Positions 11,930 to 24,584 are shown, counted from the first letter of the stretch. The stretch: DNA of 64,000 nucleotides from an uncultured Gemmatimonadaceae bacterium (GCA_963817955.1 CAWFQK010000004.1:352001-416000), one strand, 5' to 3'. Numbers and translations: made by a program. Notes: generated by a model from the letters alone, not told the origin.

Positions 11930-12358
11930 ATGGCTGGCACCTTCACATTGACGATCATCAAGCCAGATGCCTTCTGCGGCGGGAAGGCGGGAAACATCAT
12001 CGCGCACCTGGAGCAGCAAGGATTCAGAGTGCTCGCGGCGCGCGTCATTCACCTGTCTCCCAGCGATGCCGGTGAGTTCTACGCGGTGCACAAAGAGCGT
12101 CCGTTCTACGCATCACTCGTGTCCTTCATGACGTCCGGCCCATGCATGCCTATGGTGCTCGAGAGGACCGACGCCGTTGCCTCGTTGCGCACGGCCATCG
12201 GGGCCACGGATCCAGCGGAGGCCAGCGCCGGAACTGTACGCAAGTTGTACGCAGAGTCCAAAGAGCGGAACGCGATTCACGCCTCGGACAGCGACGAGAA
12301 CGCCAGTCGCGAGGCGCGGTTCTTTTTTGCCGAAACAGAGATTCTGGGGGCACGGTAA
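11930..12358 (+). CDS. ndk: Nucleoside diphosphate kinase
   Basis: TIIKPDA, FMTSGP, RNAIHASDS. Confidence 0.96.
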   Translation: MAGTFTLTIIKPDAFCGGKAGNIIAHLEQQGFRVLAARVIHLSPSDAGEFYAVHKERPFYASLVSFMTSGPCMPMVLERTDAVASLRTAIGATDPAEASAGTVRKLYAESKERNAIHASDSDENASREARFFFAETEILGAR

Positions 12359-12423
12359 GCGGGACGCGACGAGCGTCTCAACTCCGCTACCCGCACAGAC
12401 TTGTAACGGCCCAGGGTTCTAGG

Positions 12424-12429
12424 TACTTT
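12424..12429 (+). promoter_or_regulatory. -10 element (TACTTT), probable leaderless promoter of the yceD-rpmF-fab operon
   Basis: TANNNT 6 nt upstream of ATG 12436, no Shine-Dalgarno in between. Confidence 0.5.
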
Positions 12430-12435
12430 TGTTGG

Positions 12436-12948
12436 ATGTTGTCCTTTGACATTCGATCGCTTGAATCCGAGGCTGCTGTCGTTGACGAGAAGCTTCTCGA
12501 CACCGACCCAATCTGGGAAGATGATGATTCCAAGCCGGCGGGCGCGGTGCACGTGACCGGACGTCTCTCGTCGGCTGGACCGGGCCGGTTCTATTGGCAC
12601 GGACGGATCGAAGGCAACGTATCGCTCGAGTGCAGCCGCTGTCTCACCGAGACCACGGCTCACGTGAGCGATGAAACACACCTCATCTTCGCCGAAACGC
12701 TGGGTGAGGAAACCGACGATCCGGATGTCTACCCGTTAGATCCAGAAGCTGACGTACTCGATCTCAGGCCAGCGATTCGAGAGGAGTGGCTTCTCGCCGC
12801 ACCAACTTTCGCGCTCTGCCGGCCAGATTGTAAAGGCTTTTGCCCTCGCTGCGGTACGGACCTGAACGCCGGTCCGCATGACTGCAGTCAGGACGAGGCC
12901 GATCCACGCTGGGACGCGCTTCGTAAGCTCCATTCGTCCAAGCAGTAA
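12436..12948 (+). CDS. yceD: DUF177/YceD family protein
   Basis: CSRCL and LCRPDCKGFCPRCG..DPRWDAL motifs, upstream of rpmF. Confidence 0.9.
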   Translation: MLSFDIRSLESEAAVVDEKLLDTDPIWEDDDSKPAGAVHVTGRLSSAGPGRFYWHGRIEGNVSLECSRCLTETTAHVSDETHLIFAETLGEETDDPDVYPLDPEADVLDLRPAIREEWLLAAPTFALCRPDCKGFCPRCGTDLNAGPHDCSQDEADPRWDALRKLHSSKQ

Positions 12949-12987
12949 CACGTTCAGACAGAACCTCAACGCCCTCCTGATAGTCTC

Positions 12988-13170
12988 ATGGCCGTCCCGA
13001 AGCGACGTACCTCCAAGCGAAAGAAGCGTGCACGCAATACGCACAAGACTGCGCCTTCGATCGCAATCCAGAAGTGTCCGCGATGCCAGGCGATGAAGCG
13101 TCCGCACCACGTCTGTGAAGAGTGCGGGTACTACGGCGGTAAGCAGCGGGTCGCAGCCAAGGAAGCGTAG
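12988..13170 (+). CDS. rpmF: 50S ribosomal protein L32 (Zn-ribbon type)
   Basis: MAVPKRRTSK, CPRC..HHVCEECGYY. Confidence 0.97.
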   Translation: MAVPKRRTSKRKKRARNTHKTAPSIAIQKCPRCQAMKRPHHVCEECGYYGGKQRVAAKEA

Positions 13171-13172
13171 CC

Positions 13173-14198
13173 TTGGCGCGTATCGCGTTGGATGCCATGG
13201 GGGGCGATTTCGCTCCCCATGCGACCGTTGCCGGCGCGCTGCTTGCCCTCGGCGAGCTTGATTCCGCACACGCGATTCAGCTCGTCGGCCGGACTGCAGT
13301 CATTACCGCGCAGCTCGATGCGTTGTTCAACGACCCCCAGCATGCCGCGCTGAAAACTCAGCGGGAACGCATCGCCATCGTGGAGGCGTCCGAAGTCATC
13401 GAGATGACGGACAAACCCGGCGCCGCGGTTCGTGGAAAACCCAATAGCTCCATGATCGTCGGCCTCAAGCTGCAGGCCGACGGACAATCCGATGCGTTCG
13501 TCTCCGCCGGCAACACTGGCGCGCAGATGGCCGCGTCCATGGTCGTGCTCCGGCTGCACGCTGGCGTCAAGCGGCCTGCCATTGCCACAGTCTTTCCGAC
13601 GGCGCGCAAGCCGCTCATCGTCCTTGACTCCGGGGCCAACGTGGACTGCTCGGCCGAAGAGCTCGTGCAATTTGCCCACCTCGGCGCCGTGTACGCCGAA
13701 GACCTGCTCGGCCGCCCCAATCCAGCGATTGGGCTGCTCAGCATCGGAGAGGAGCCAGAAAAGGGCAATGCCGTGGTGAAGGAAGCGCATCACCGTCTCC
13801 AGTCGGCGGGGCTGAACTTCCTCGGCAATGTCGAGGGCCGCGATCTGCCGGTCGGCGCGTGCGATCGCGGCCCGATCGATGTCGTCGTCTGCGACGGCTT
13901 CGTTGGCAATGTCGTGCTCAAGTTCTATGAATCGATCGCGCCACTGATCATCGGCCTCCTGGGCAAGGCCGGGGTCGATCAGAGCGTCATGATGGGAGCG
14001 CTCACGCAACTCGACTACTCCGAGCATGGCGGCGCGCCGCTGCTTGGTGTGAACGGCGTGAGTATTATTTCGCACGGCAAGTCGTCGCCGCGCGCCATCA
14101 AGAACGCGATCAAGGTGGCTGTTCAGGCCATTGAAACGCGCATGAACGAACACATCGGACGCCGCCTGCAGGATGGCATGGGGCAAGGAGCGGCATGA
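13173..14198 (+). CDS. plsX: Phosphate acyltransferase PlsX
   Basis: IALDAMGGD, SAGNTGA, DSGAN, CDGFVGNV, SHGKS. Confidence 0.96.
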   Translation: MARIALDAMGGDFAPHATVAGALLALGELDSAHAIQLVGRTAVITAQLDALFNDPQHAALKTQRERIAIVEASEVIEMTDKPGAAVRGKPNSSMIVGLKLQADGQSDAFVSAGNTGAQMAASMVVLRLHAGVKRPAIATVFPTARKPLIVLDSGANVDCSAEELVQFAHLGAVYAEDLLGRPNPAIGLLSIGEEPEKGNAVVKEAHHRLQSAGLNFLGNVEGRDLPVGACDRGPIDVVVCDGFVGNVVLKFYESIAPLIIGLLGKAGVDQSVMMGALTQLDYSEHGGAPLLGVNGVSIISHGKSSPRAIKNAIKVAVQAIETRMNEHIGRRLQDGMGQGAA

Positions 14199-15181
14199 AA
14201 CGACCGATCGTCTATTTCGCGGGAACGGGGCGCGGGATTCCCTCGACGGTGTTCAAGAATTCTGACTTCGCGTCCGTCGGTATCGACACCACCGATGAGT
14301 GGATCGTGGAGCGCACCGGGATCAAGCAACGCCATATTGCGCGCACGGAGTCGGTGACCGACCTCGCCGCCATGGCGGCACGTGCCGCGATGGAGCAAGC
14401 CGGTATTCTGGCCGGTGAGCTCGACATCATCGTGCTGGGCACTGCGTCGCCCGACCGCCTCTTGCCTTCGGCCGCCGTCGATCTGCAAGCCGCCATCGGC
14501 GCCGGCCGGGCCGCCGCGTTCGACATCGGCGCCGCATGCTCGGGGTTCATCTACAGCGCGACCGTAGCCGAGAGCATGATCGCCATGGGCGACGCCGATA
14601 CGGCGCTCGTGGTCGGCGTAGAAAAGCTCAGTGCGATCACCGATTGGACGGACCGCTCCACGTGCGTGCTGTTTGGGGATGGAGCTGGCGCTGCCGTGCT
14701 GAAGCGCTCCAAGCAGCACCGTGGAATCCTGTCCGCATTCCTGCGCAGCGACGGCACCCTCAGCAATCTGCTCTGCCGTCCGAGCGGGGGCGCCGCCAAT
14801 CCGTTCAGCGCAACCGTTCTCGCGGAGCGGTCGCAGTACATCAAGATGAACGGTCGCGAGGTCTTCAAGAACGCCGTGCGGTCGATGTCCGAGGCCGCCA
14901 CGCGCGCCCTCGATTCCGCGAAGCTCACCGGGGCGGATATCGACCTCATGATTCCGCACCAGGCGAACATTCGCATCATTGAAGCAACGGCGAAGCATGC
15001 CGGAATTCCCATGGAGAAGGTCTATCAGAACGTGGAGCGCTTCGGCAATACGTCTTCCGCCTCCATCCCAATTGCCCTCGACGAAGCGATCGAACTTGGC
15101 GTCGTGGGAGAAGGGTCGACGGTGCTTCTCGTTGCGTTTGGCGCCGGATTCACGTGGGGCTCCATGGTAGTGCGTCTGTAA
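14195..15181 (+). CDS. fabH: 3-oxoacyl-ACP synthase III
   Basis: AACSGF, PHQANIRI, GNTSSAS. Confidence 0.96.
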   Translation: MKRPIVYFAGTGRGIPSTVFKNSDFASVGIDTTDEWIVERTGIKQRHIARTESVTDLAAMAARAAMEQAGILAGELDIIVLGTASPDRLLPSAAVDLQAAIGAGRAAAFDIGAACSGFIYSATVAESMIAMGDADTALVVGVEKLSAITDWTDRSTCVLFGDGAGAAVLKRSKQHRGILSAFLRSDGTLSNLLCRPSGGAANPFSATVLAERSQYIKMNGREVFKNAVRSMSEAATRALDSAKLTGADIDLMIPHQANIRIIEATAKHAGIPMEKVYQNVERFGNTSSASIPIALDEAIELGVVGEGSTVLLVAFGAGFTWGSMVVRL

Positions 15182-15184
15182 TCC

Positions 15185-16126
15185 ATGAACGTCGTTCTAC
15201 TGTTTCCAGGACAGGGCTCTCAGAAGCCAGGGATGGGGAAGGATCTGGCCGAGGCGTTCCCGGCGGCGAGAGCCATTTTCGCGCGCGCGGACGCGGCGTT
15301 GGGCGCCCCACTGAGCCGGTTGTGCTTTGAAGGCCCCGCCGATGAGCTCACGCTCACTCACAACGCGCAGCCGGCGCTGCTGGCGCACAGTGCCGCCGCC
15401 TGGGCGGCCACGCGGGATGTGATCGGAGCAAGTGTCGTTGCCGCTGCCGGCCATTCACTGGGTGAGTTCACGGCGTATCACGCGGCGGAATCGCTCAGCC
15501 TCGAAGACGCGCTGTGCGTTGTTCGCCGGCGCGGCGAGCTGATGTACGAGAGCGGAGTCAAGCGTCCCGGCGCCATGGCCGCAGTCCTCGGCGAGACGAA
15601 TCGGCCTATCGAGGAGATCTGCGCGGAGGCGACACACAAAGCGGGATTGGTGGTACCGGCGAATTACAACTCTCCGGGCCAGCTGGTGGTCAGCGGTGAG
15701 GAGGCGGGGGTTGAATGCGCCATGGCTCTGGCGAAAGAGGCAGGCGCCAAGCGCGCCATTCGACTCAACGTGAGCGGAGCCTTTCACTCGCCGCTCATGG
15801 AAACCGCTGCGGATGGACTGGCGGAAGCACTCGGTGAGGCATCATTTGCAGATCCTCACTTCGCCGTATACGCGAACGTGAACGGCGAGGCCGTGCTCCA
15901 CGCGTCACGCGGCAAACAGCTTCTGCTCGAGCAGCTCTCGAAACCGGTGCGCTGGATCGACGAAATCCAGGCCATCGCCGAACGGTATCCGGACGCTTTG
16001 TACGTGGAGATGGGTCCGGGCAATGTGCTCGCCGGATTGGTCAAGAAAATTGCGCCGTCGGTGAAGACGGCCACTTGCGGCACCGCCGCTGAGGTCCAAC
16101 AGCTCCGCGAAATGGTGGCCGAATGA
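15185..16126 (+). CDS. fabD: Malonyl-CoA:ACP transacylase
   Basis: FPGQGSQ, GHSLGE, VSGAFHS. Confidence 0.96.
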   Translation: MNVVLLFPGQGSQKPGMGKDLAEAFPAARAIFARADAALGAPLSRLCFEGPADELTLTHNAQPALLAHSAAAWAATRDVIGASVVAAAGHSLGEFTAYHAAESLSLEDALCVVRRRGELMYESGVKRPGAMAAVLGETNRPIEEICAEATHKAGLVVPANYNSPGQLVVSGEEAGVECAMALAKEAGAKRAIRLNVSGAFHSPLMETAADGLAEALGEASFADPHFAVYANVNGEAVLHASRGKQLLLEQLSKPVRWIDEIQAIAERYPDALYVEMGPGNVLAGLVKKIAPSVKTATCGTAAEVQQLREMVAE

Positions 16127-16860
16127 AGATCGATCTGTCGGGCCGTACCGCCCTCGTGACCGGCAGTACGCGCGGCATTGGCCGCGCCATCGCCGAGACG
16201 CTGGCCAGCGCCGGAGCGCGCGTGGCCGTGGTGGGACGCGACCAGGCGCGCGCACAGGAAGTTGCCGCAGCAATTTCGCCGGACGCGCGCGGCTTCGCCT
16301 GCGACGTCGGCGACGTTGCGTCCGTTACCGCGCTCGTGGAGGGGGTTGAGCAGGAGTTCGGATCTATCGACATCCTGGTCAACAACGCCGGCCTCACTCG
16401 CGACAATATCCTGTTCCGTCTCAAAGACGAGGACTGGGATACCGTGATCGACGCCAATCTGCGCGGCGCATTCGTTGCCATGCGCGCCGCGTCGCGCGGC
16501 ATGATGAAGCGCCGCTGGGGCCGCATCATCAACATTGCCAGCGTCGTGGGGATCGTCGGCAACAAGGGGCAATCGAACTACGCCGCGAGCAAAGCGGGGC
16601 TCATCGGCCTCACGAAGTCCGTGGCCAAGGAATTGGGGTCGCGCAACATCCTGGCGAACGTCGTCGCACCCGGTTTCATCGAAACGGACATGACCTCGGC
16701 GATGACTGATGACGCGAAGAAGACCTTATTCACACAGATCCCGCTGGGGCGCTTGGGTGCGCCCCAAGACATCGCGGGAGTCGTGGCATTTCTCGCCTCC
16801 GATGCCGCATCGTACATCACTGGGCAGGTGTTCGTCGTCGACGGCGGAATGGTCATGTAG
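16123..16860 (+). CDS. fabG: 3-oxoacyl-ACP reductase
   Basis: TGSTRGIG, NNAG, YAASK. Confidence 0.96.
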   Translation: MKIDLSGRTALVTGSTRGIGRAIAETLASAGARVAVVGRDQARAQEVAAAISPDARGFACDVGDVASVTALVEGVEQEFGSIDILVNNAGLTRDNILFRLKDEDWDTVIDANLRGAFVAMRAASRGMMKRRWGRIINIASVVGIVGNKGQSNYAASKAGLIGLTKSVAKELGSRNILANVVAPGFIETDMTSAMTDDAKKTLFTQIPLGRLGAPQDIAGVVAFLASDAASYITGQVFVVDGGMVM

Positions 16861-16955
16861 CGACGGATGTAAAGGGCCGACGCCCATCGCCAACCGCCAA
16901 GGGGTCCAGCTAGATTACTCGCACCAAATCACTCACAGCAAAGAGGAACCGTTCC

Positions 16956-17201
16956 ATGGCCGACAACGCTCAGAAGGTCCGCGACATCATCGAGAAGGAG
17001 CTCGGTGTTGAGCGCGAGAAGCTCACCGACGAGGCCAGCTTCATCGAAGACCTCGGCGCCGACAGTCTCGACATCGTCGAGCTGGTCATGGAGTTCGAGA
17101 AGGAGTTCAACATCGACATCCCCGACGAAGATGCCGAGAAGCTCCGCACGGTTGGTGACGCGATCGGCTACCTGAACACGAAGATCGGGAGCAACGCGTA
17201 A
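16956..17201 (+). CDS. acpP: Acyl carrier protein
   Basis: [18 protein letters not shown] Shine-Dalgarno upstream. Confidence 0.97.
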   Translation: MADNAQKVRDIIEKELGVEREKLTDEASFIEDLGADSLDIVELVMEFEKEFNIDIPDEDAEKLRTVGDAIGYLNTKIGSNA

Positions 17202-18445
17202 TGAAGCGTAGGGTCGTCGTCACTGGTTTGGGGGCGATTACGCCAGTCGGAAACGATGCGGCGGCGACCTGGCATGCGCTCGTCGCGGGAACATCGGGCG
17301 CAGGGCTGATCACCAGGTTCGATGCATCGAAGTTCCCCGTCCGCTTCGCGTGCGAGGTCAAGGGATTCGACCCGCTCAAGACGATGGAGCGAAAGGAGGC
17401 CAAGCGCGCCGACATGTACACACAGTACGCCGTGTCGGCCGCCGTCGAAGCAATGATCGATGCCAGGCTCACACCGGACGCGTACGAATCGGATCGCACC
17501 GGCGTCATCATTGGGAGCGGCATCGGCGGTCTGAAGACGTTCGAGGAGCAGCACGATATTTACCGGGCACGCGGTGCGGGCAAAATCAGCCCGTTCTTCA
17601 TCCCGATGTTCATCTCCGACATCGCAGCCGGTGTCGTATCGATGCGCTTCAACGCGCGCGGCCCGAACTACGCCACCGTGTCGGCCTGCGCGACGAGTTC
17701 CCACGCGATTGGCAATGCGTACCGCACCATTCAATACGGTGACGCCGACATCATGATCACCGGCGGCGCAGAGGCCACGGTGACGCCCATGGCGATCGGT
17801 GGCTTCGCGAACATGACAGCCCTCTCCGAACGGAACGATAGTCCCGAGACGGCGTCGCGTCCCTTCGACGCTACCCGCGACGGCTTTGTGTTGGGCGAGG
17901 GCGCAGGCATCGTCATTCTCGAGGAGCTCGAGCACGCGCTCGCGCGCGGCGCAACGATCTACGCCGAGGTGGCAGGCTATCGCGCGACCGGAGATGCGTA
18001 CCACCTCACGGGGCAGCCGCCGGAGCATGAAGGATTGCAGCGCGCTATGCGCGGGGCGCTCGCCGACGCCGGCCTCACTCCAGCCGACGTGGATTACGTG
18101 AACGCGCACGGCACGTCGACGCCGCTCAACGACTCGAATGAAGGCCGCGCCATAGCTCACGTGTTCGGCGAGGCAGCGGGGAAGGTCAGCATCTCTTCCA
18201 CCAAGTCGATGACAGGCCACATGCTTGGCGCCGCCGGCGCGGTGGAGTTCATCGCATCGATACTGGCCATCCGCGATAGCGTGATCCCACCAACGATCAA
18301 CTACAGCACACCTGATCCCGAGTGCGGTCCGCTGGATTTCACGCCGAATGTGGCCACACACCGCGACGTCCATGTCGCGCTGAGCAACAGCGCCGGCTTC
18401 GGCGGACACAACGTCACGCTCGCCGTCAAGCGTTTCCCCGGCTAA
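17201..18445 (+). CDS. fabF: 3-oxoacyl-ACP synthase II
   Basis: RRVVVTGLG, SACAT, NAHGTST, KSMTGHMLGAAG, GFGGHN. Confidence 0.96.
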   Translation: MKRRVVVTGLGAITPVGNDAAATWHALVAGTSGAGLITRFDASKFPVRFACEVKGFDPLKTMERKEAKRADMYTQYAVSAAVEAMIDARLTPDAYESDRTGVIIGSGIGGLKTFEEQHDIYRARGAGKISPFFIPMFISDIAAGVVSMRFNARGPNYATVSACATSSHAIGNAYRTIQYGDADIMITGGAEATVTPMAIGGFANMTALSERNDSPETASRPFDATRDGFVLGEGAGIVILEELEHALARGATIYAEVAGYRATGDAYHLTGQPPEHEGLQRAMRGALADAGLTPADVDYVNAHGTSTPLNDSNEGRAIAHVFGEAAGKVSISSTKSMTGHMLGAAGAVEFIASILAIRDSVIPPTINYSTPDPECGPLDFTPNVATHRDVHVALSNSAGFGGHNVTLAVKRFPG

Positions 18446-18449
18446 CGCG

Positions 18450-18959
18450 GTGAGCGCGAGCAGCCCTCCGTCCCGCGCTGCTCGCGTCGGCATCGGCTAC
18501 GACTCGCATCGTTTTGAGCCGCCCGGGCCTCTCATCCTGGGCGGCGTTCCCATTCCCAGCGACGTCCACCTCGCCGGCCATTCCGATGGTGATGCCGTGG
18601 CGCATGCGCTTACCGACGCAGTGCTCGGCGCACTTGGTGCGGGCGATATCGGCGAGATGTTCTCCGATCGCGATCCCGCGAACAAGGGCAAGGACTCGAT
18701 CGAGATGTTGCGGGCCGCCGTCGCCCGCGTGCAGCAGATGGGGTGGCGCGTACAGCAGGTCGACGTCACGATCGTCGCCGAGCGGCCGCGTGTGTCGTCG
18801 CATCGAGATCTCATGCGGGCGCGCCTTGCGCCGGCCCTCGGGATCGACGCCGCGGACGTCAACGTCAAGGGCAAGACCAACGAGGGCATGGGGTGGGTCG
18901 GCCGCGGCGAAGGCATCGCCTGCATCGCGGTGGCGACCGTTATTCCCGCTCAGACGTAG
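18450..18959 (+). CDS. ispF: 2-C-methyl-D-erythritol 2,4-cyclodiphosphate synthase
   Basis: GIGYDSHRF, GHSDGDAV, GDIG, KGKTNEG. Confidence 0.95.
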   Translation: MSASSPPSRAARVGIGYDSHRFEPPGPLILGGVPIPSDVHLAGHSDGDAVAHALTDAVLGALGAGDIGEMFSDRDPANKGKDSIEMLRAAVARVQQMGWRVQQVDVTIVAERPRVSSHRDLMRARLAPALGIDAADVNVKGKTNEGMGWVGRGEGIACIAVATVIPAQT

Positions 18960-18966
18960 CGGTGAC

Positions 18967-19875
18967 ATGCCGGACGACGAGTCCATTCGTCGCTTTCAGC
19001 TCGACCGCTTTGGCGACTACCTGACGCTCGAGCTGGGCACCTCGCCGCGGACACTCGAGGCCTATGGCCGCGATGTCGCGCGCCTAGTGGAGTACGCAAC
19101 GGCAAAGGGCGCCATCACATATGGCGACATCACCAGCCGCATGCTCCGCGAGTTCGTGTATCACCTGAAGGACGTCGGTCTCGCCCCGTCGTCGATCCGG
19201 CGGAACATCTCGGCGGTGCGTACCTATTATCGTTTCCTCCTCGCCGACGGCGCGGTGACGCGCGATCCAAGCGAACGGCTCGAAACGCCCAAACGCTGGC
19301 GCACGCTACCCGACGTGCTCACCGTCGACGAGGTCTCGCGGCTGATCGCCGCGCCGACACTCGACGACCCGCTCGCGTTTCGCGATCGCGCGATGCTCGA
19401 GCTGGCGTACGGCGCCGGGCTGCGCGTGTCGGAGTGGATCACACTCGGTGTACGCGACGTGCTGATGAACGAGAAACTCGTGCGGGTCTTTGGCAAAGGG
19501 AGCAAGGAGCGCCTCGTGCCGATCGGCCGATCGGCGATCGGCGCGGTCGCCACCTACATCCGCGAGCAGCGGCCGCGACTCGAAAAGGGCAGCGGGAAGG
19601 GCATCCTGTTTCTCAATGCCCGGGGTGAGCCGCTCTCACGCATGGGTGCCTGGAAGATTCTGCGACGCTATGTCGAGCGCGCCGGCATCGAAAAGGCAGT
19701 TTCCCCGCACACCTTGCGGCATTCCTTCGCAACACACCTGCTGGAAGGTGGGGCCGATCTGCGTGCCGTGCAGGAAATGCTTGGCCACGCCGATATCTCG
19801 ACCACGCAGATCTACACGCATGTCGACCGGGAGTACCTGCGCCAGGTCCACAGGCAGTTCCACCCGCGGGGCTGA
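18967..19875 (+). CDS. xerD: Site-specific tyrosine recombinase XerD
   Basis: RDRAMLELAYGAGLRVSE, GKGSKER, SPHTLRHSFATHLL, LGHADISTTQIYTHV, FHPR. Confidence 0.93.
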   Translation: MPDDESIRRFQLDRFGDYLTLELGTSPRTLEAYGRDVARLVEYATAKGAITYGDITSRMLREFVYHLKDVGLAPSSIRRNISAVRTYYRFLLADGAVTRDPSERLETPKRWRTLPDVLTVDEVSRLIAAPTLDDPLAFRDRAMLELAYGAGLRVSEWITLGVRDVLMNEKLVRVFGKGSKERLVPIGRSAIGAVATYIREQRPRLEKGSGKGILFLNARGEPLSRMGAWKILRRYVERAGIEKAVSPHTLRHSFATHLLEGGADLRAVQEMLGHADISTTQIYTHVDREYLRQVHRQFHPRG

Positions 19876-19976
19876 ACGCCGAGCGAGGTCGCCCGGCTCC
19901 TGAGATCGCGCAGGCAACGCATGCAATCGCTATTCTTCATGTATCCGTACTGCCCAACGATTCGCCGCGGCCTCGC

Positions 19977-20552
19977 ATGATTCTGGTCATCGACAACTAC
20001 GATTCCTTCACGTACAACCTCGTCCAGTATCTCGGCGAGTTGGGTGCCGACGTCGTCGTACGGCGCAACGACGCCGTGGGGGTGGAGGAGATCGGGCTCC
20101 TCACGCCGTCAGCGATCGTCCTTTCGCCAGGGCCGCGGACGCCCAGTGAGGCGGGTGTGACCGTGGAGGCCGTCCGCCGCTGGGGGAGCACCATCCCCAT
20201 CCTCGGCGTGTGTCTCGGTCACCAGGCGATCGGAGAGGCGTACGGCGGTACCGTCGTCCGGGCTGCCCGGGTCATGCACGGCAAGACCTCGCACATCATG
20301 CACGATGCGAGCGGCATCTTCGCCGGCCTCCCGTCCCCAATGGAGGTCATGCGGTATCACTCGCTAATCGTCGACCGCGACAGCATTCCGGACTCACTGG
20401 AAGTCGTGGCCACGGCCCAGGACGACCCGACTGAGGTGCATGCGGTCCGGCACCGCGAGTATCCGGTCCATGGCGTCCAATTCCATCCCGAATCGGTGAT
20501 GACGCCGCAGGGTAAGCAGCTCCTCAGGAATTTCCTGGAGCTTGCGCGGTGA
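19977..20552 (+). CDS. trpG: Anthranilate/aminodeoxychorismate synthase glutamine amidotransferase component
   Basis: IDNYDSFTYNL, GVCLGHQ, QFHPES; could equally be PabA. Confidence 0.9.
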   Translation: MILVIDNYDSFTYNLVQYLGELGADVVVRRNDAVGVEEIGLLTPSAIVLSPGPRTPSEAGVTVEAVRRWGSTIPILGVCLGHQAIGEAYGGTVVRAARVMHGKTSHIMHDASGIFAGLPSPMEVMRYHSLIVDRDSIPDSLEVVATAQDDPTEVHAVRHREYPVHGVQFHPESVMTPQGKQLLRNFLELAR

Positions 20553-22063
20553 TTCGCCGCCTCGCGCTCTGCGCCTTGCTCGCCGCGAGCAGGGCGAGAG
20601 CGGGGGTCGCCCAGGCGGTTGTCGAATTCCGTGAACGCGGCTCCGGTGTCGGCCCCGAGTTGCTGGCTCGTGCGCTTGCCGGACCGCACGTCACGGTCGA
20701 ACCTTCCGCGCTCCGCTACTTGCTTCCGCGCGACAGCGCGTTTCACTCTACCGTCGTCATTCTCGGACGGAACGCGTACATCGATGGCGCAGTGCATGGC
20801 GACGTTATCGTCGTCGCTGGTGATCTGTACATGCATCCAGGCGCACACATCGATGGTAGAGCGATTGCTATTGGCGGCGGGGTCTACGAGTCCGCTCTCG
20901 CCCAGGCCGTGGCTGGCACCACGGCATTTCGCGATTTCACATACGACGTCGCGCCCATTCCCGGCGGATGGACGCTCATCTACCGGCCTGTCGTCGAGCG
21001 CGCCGAGCACGCGCTCAAGTGGCCGGGGATTTTCGGTTTGCGCCTCCCGTCGTACGACCGAACCAACGGATTGTCGCTTCCATTCGCGCCGCTGGTCTCG
21101 GGACCCGGTACGTCGATCCAAATCGAGCCGCGCATCACGTACCGCTCGCAGTTTGGTGCGTTCGATCCATCGATCTCCGCGACGATGAAGGCCAACCACC
21201 TCTCGACTTTCCAATTCGATGCTGGGCGCGAAACATTGACGAACGATGCCTGGATCTGGTCGGACGTGGTGAACAGCGCCGAGGTGTTCGTCTTCGGCGA
21301 AGACACGCGCAACTACTACCGCGCTGACCGGGCGCAGCTCGAGTTGGCGAGCCATTGGGAATCGGCGATGGGTACGCTCGCTCCGTACGTGGGTCTCCGC
21401 GTGGAACAGGCGACGACGGCCAGGCCAGGTGCCGGTGCGACCGGCGGCCCGTGGGCGTTCGGCGGCCGACACTCCCTCACCGACATGCTGCGTCCCAACC
21501 CGGCAATCGATCCGGGACAGATTCGCTCTGCATTCACTGGTGCCCGGTTTCACTGGTCAGATCAGGGAGTCGTCACGACCGGGACGGTCGATGAAGAGTT
21601 GGGCGGTTTGCGTTCGGTCTGTGACGGAGGGACGTGCTGGACCCGTTTCGCGCAAACCACTCTCGACGGATCGATCGCGTTTCCCACCTTTCTCACGCAA
21701 TCGCTGACCCTCAATGCCCACGCGGTGCTCAGTAGCCATGGCCAAATCCCACGGCAGCGCTTTGCATACCTCGGTGGCCCGGGAACCATTCCGACGCTCG
21801 GTATGCTGGACCGGGGGGGGGACTATCTCCTCTATTTCGACGGCCGCTATAACATTCCGATCGACCGTTTGACGCTACCCTTCATCGGTGCCCCCGTGCT
21901 CATGCTGCGCGAGGTACTCGGGGGCGCAACGACCGGCAAGATTCCTACGCTGGCCCAAGCGGCCGGCGCTCGCATGACCTTGGGCGTTGTATACGTTGAG
22001 GCACTCGCCGATCCGGCAGTGCGCCGCGTACACATCGGTCTGGGACTCACCCTAGCACGCTGA
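20549..22063 (+). CDS. Exported hypothetical protein (short beta-helix-like N-terminal segment plus probable outer-membrane beta-barrel)
   Basis: Signal peptide; IDGAVHGDVIVVAGDLY..IDGRAIAIGGGV; alternating amphipathic strands; LGGPGTIP motif near the C-terminus. Confidence 0.55.
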   Translation: MIRRLALCALLAASRARAGVAQAVVEFRERGSGVGPELLARALAGPHVTVEPSALRYLLPRDSAFHSTVVILGRNAYIDGAVHGDVIVVAGDLYMHPGAHIDGRAIAIGGGVYESALAQAVAGTTAFRDFTYDVAPIPGGWTLIYRPVVERAEHALKWPGIFGLRLPSYDRTNGLSLPFAPLVSGPGTSIQIEPRITYRSQFGAFDPSISATMKANHLSTFQFDAGRETLTNDAWIWSDVVNSAEVFVFGEDTRNYYRADRAQLELASHWESAMGTLAPYVGLRVEQATTARPGAGATGGPWAFGGRHSLTDMLRPNPAIDPGQIRSAFTGARFHWSDQGVVTTGTVDEELGGLRSVCDGGTCWTRFAQTTLDGSIAFPTFLTQSLTLNAHAVLSSHGQIPRQRFAYLGGPGTIPTLGMLDRGGDYLLYFDGRYNIPIDRLTLPFIGAPVLMLREVLGGATTGKIPTLAQAAGARMTLGVVYVEALADPAVRRVHIGLGLTLAR

Positions 22064-22157
22064 GCCATCCAATGCCTTTGCGCCCGATTTGTCCCACGGC
22101 TACATTTGAGAACGTGATTTTTGCGGCCGTGAGCGCGACCCTGCCTGAGCGCCACGT

Positions 22158-24583
<2,426 letters not shown>

Positions 24584-24584
24584 C

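Noticed and set aside
18967..19875. Tyrosine recombinase as a prophage or island integrase
   Set aside because: Typical XerD size and motifs, embedded in a housekeeping operon with no cargo or att sites
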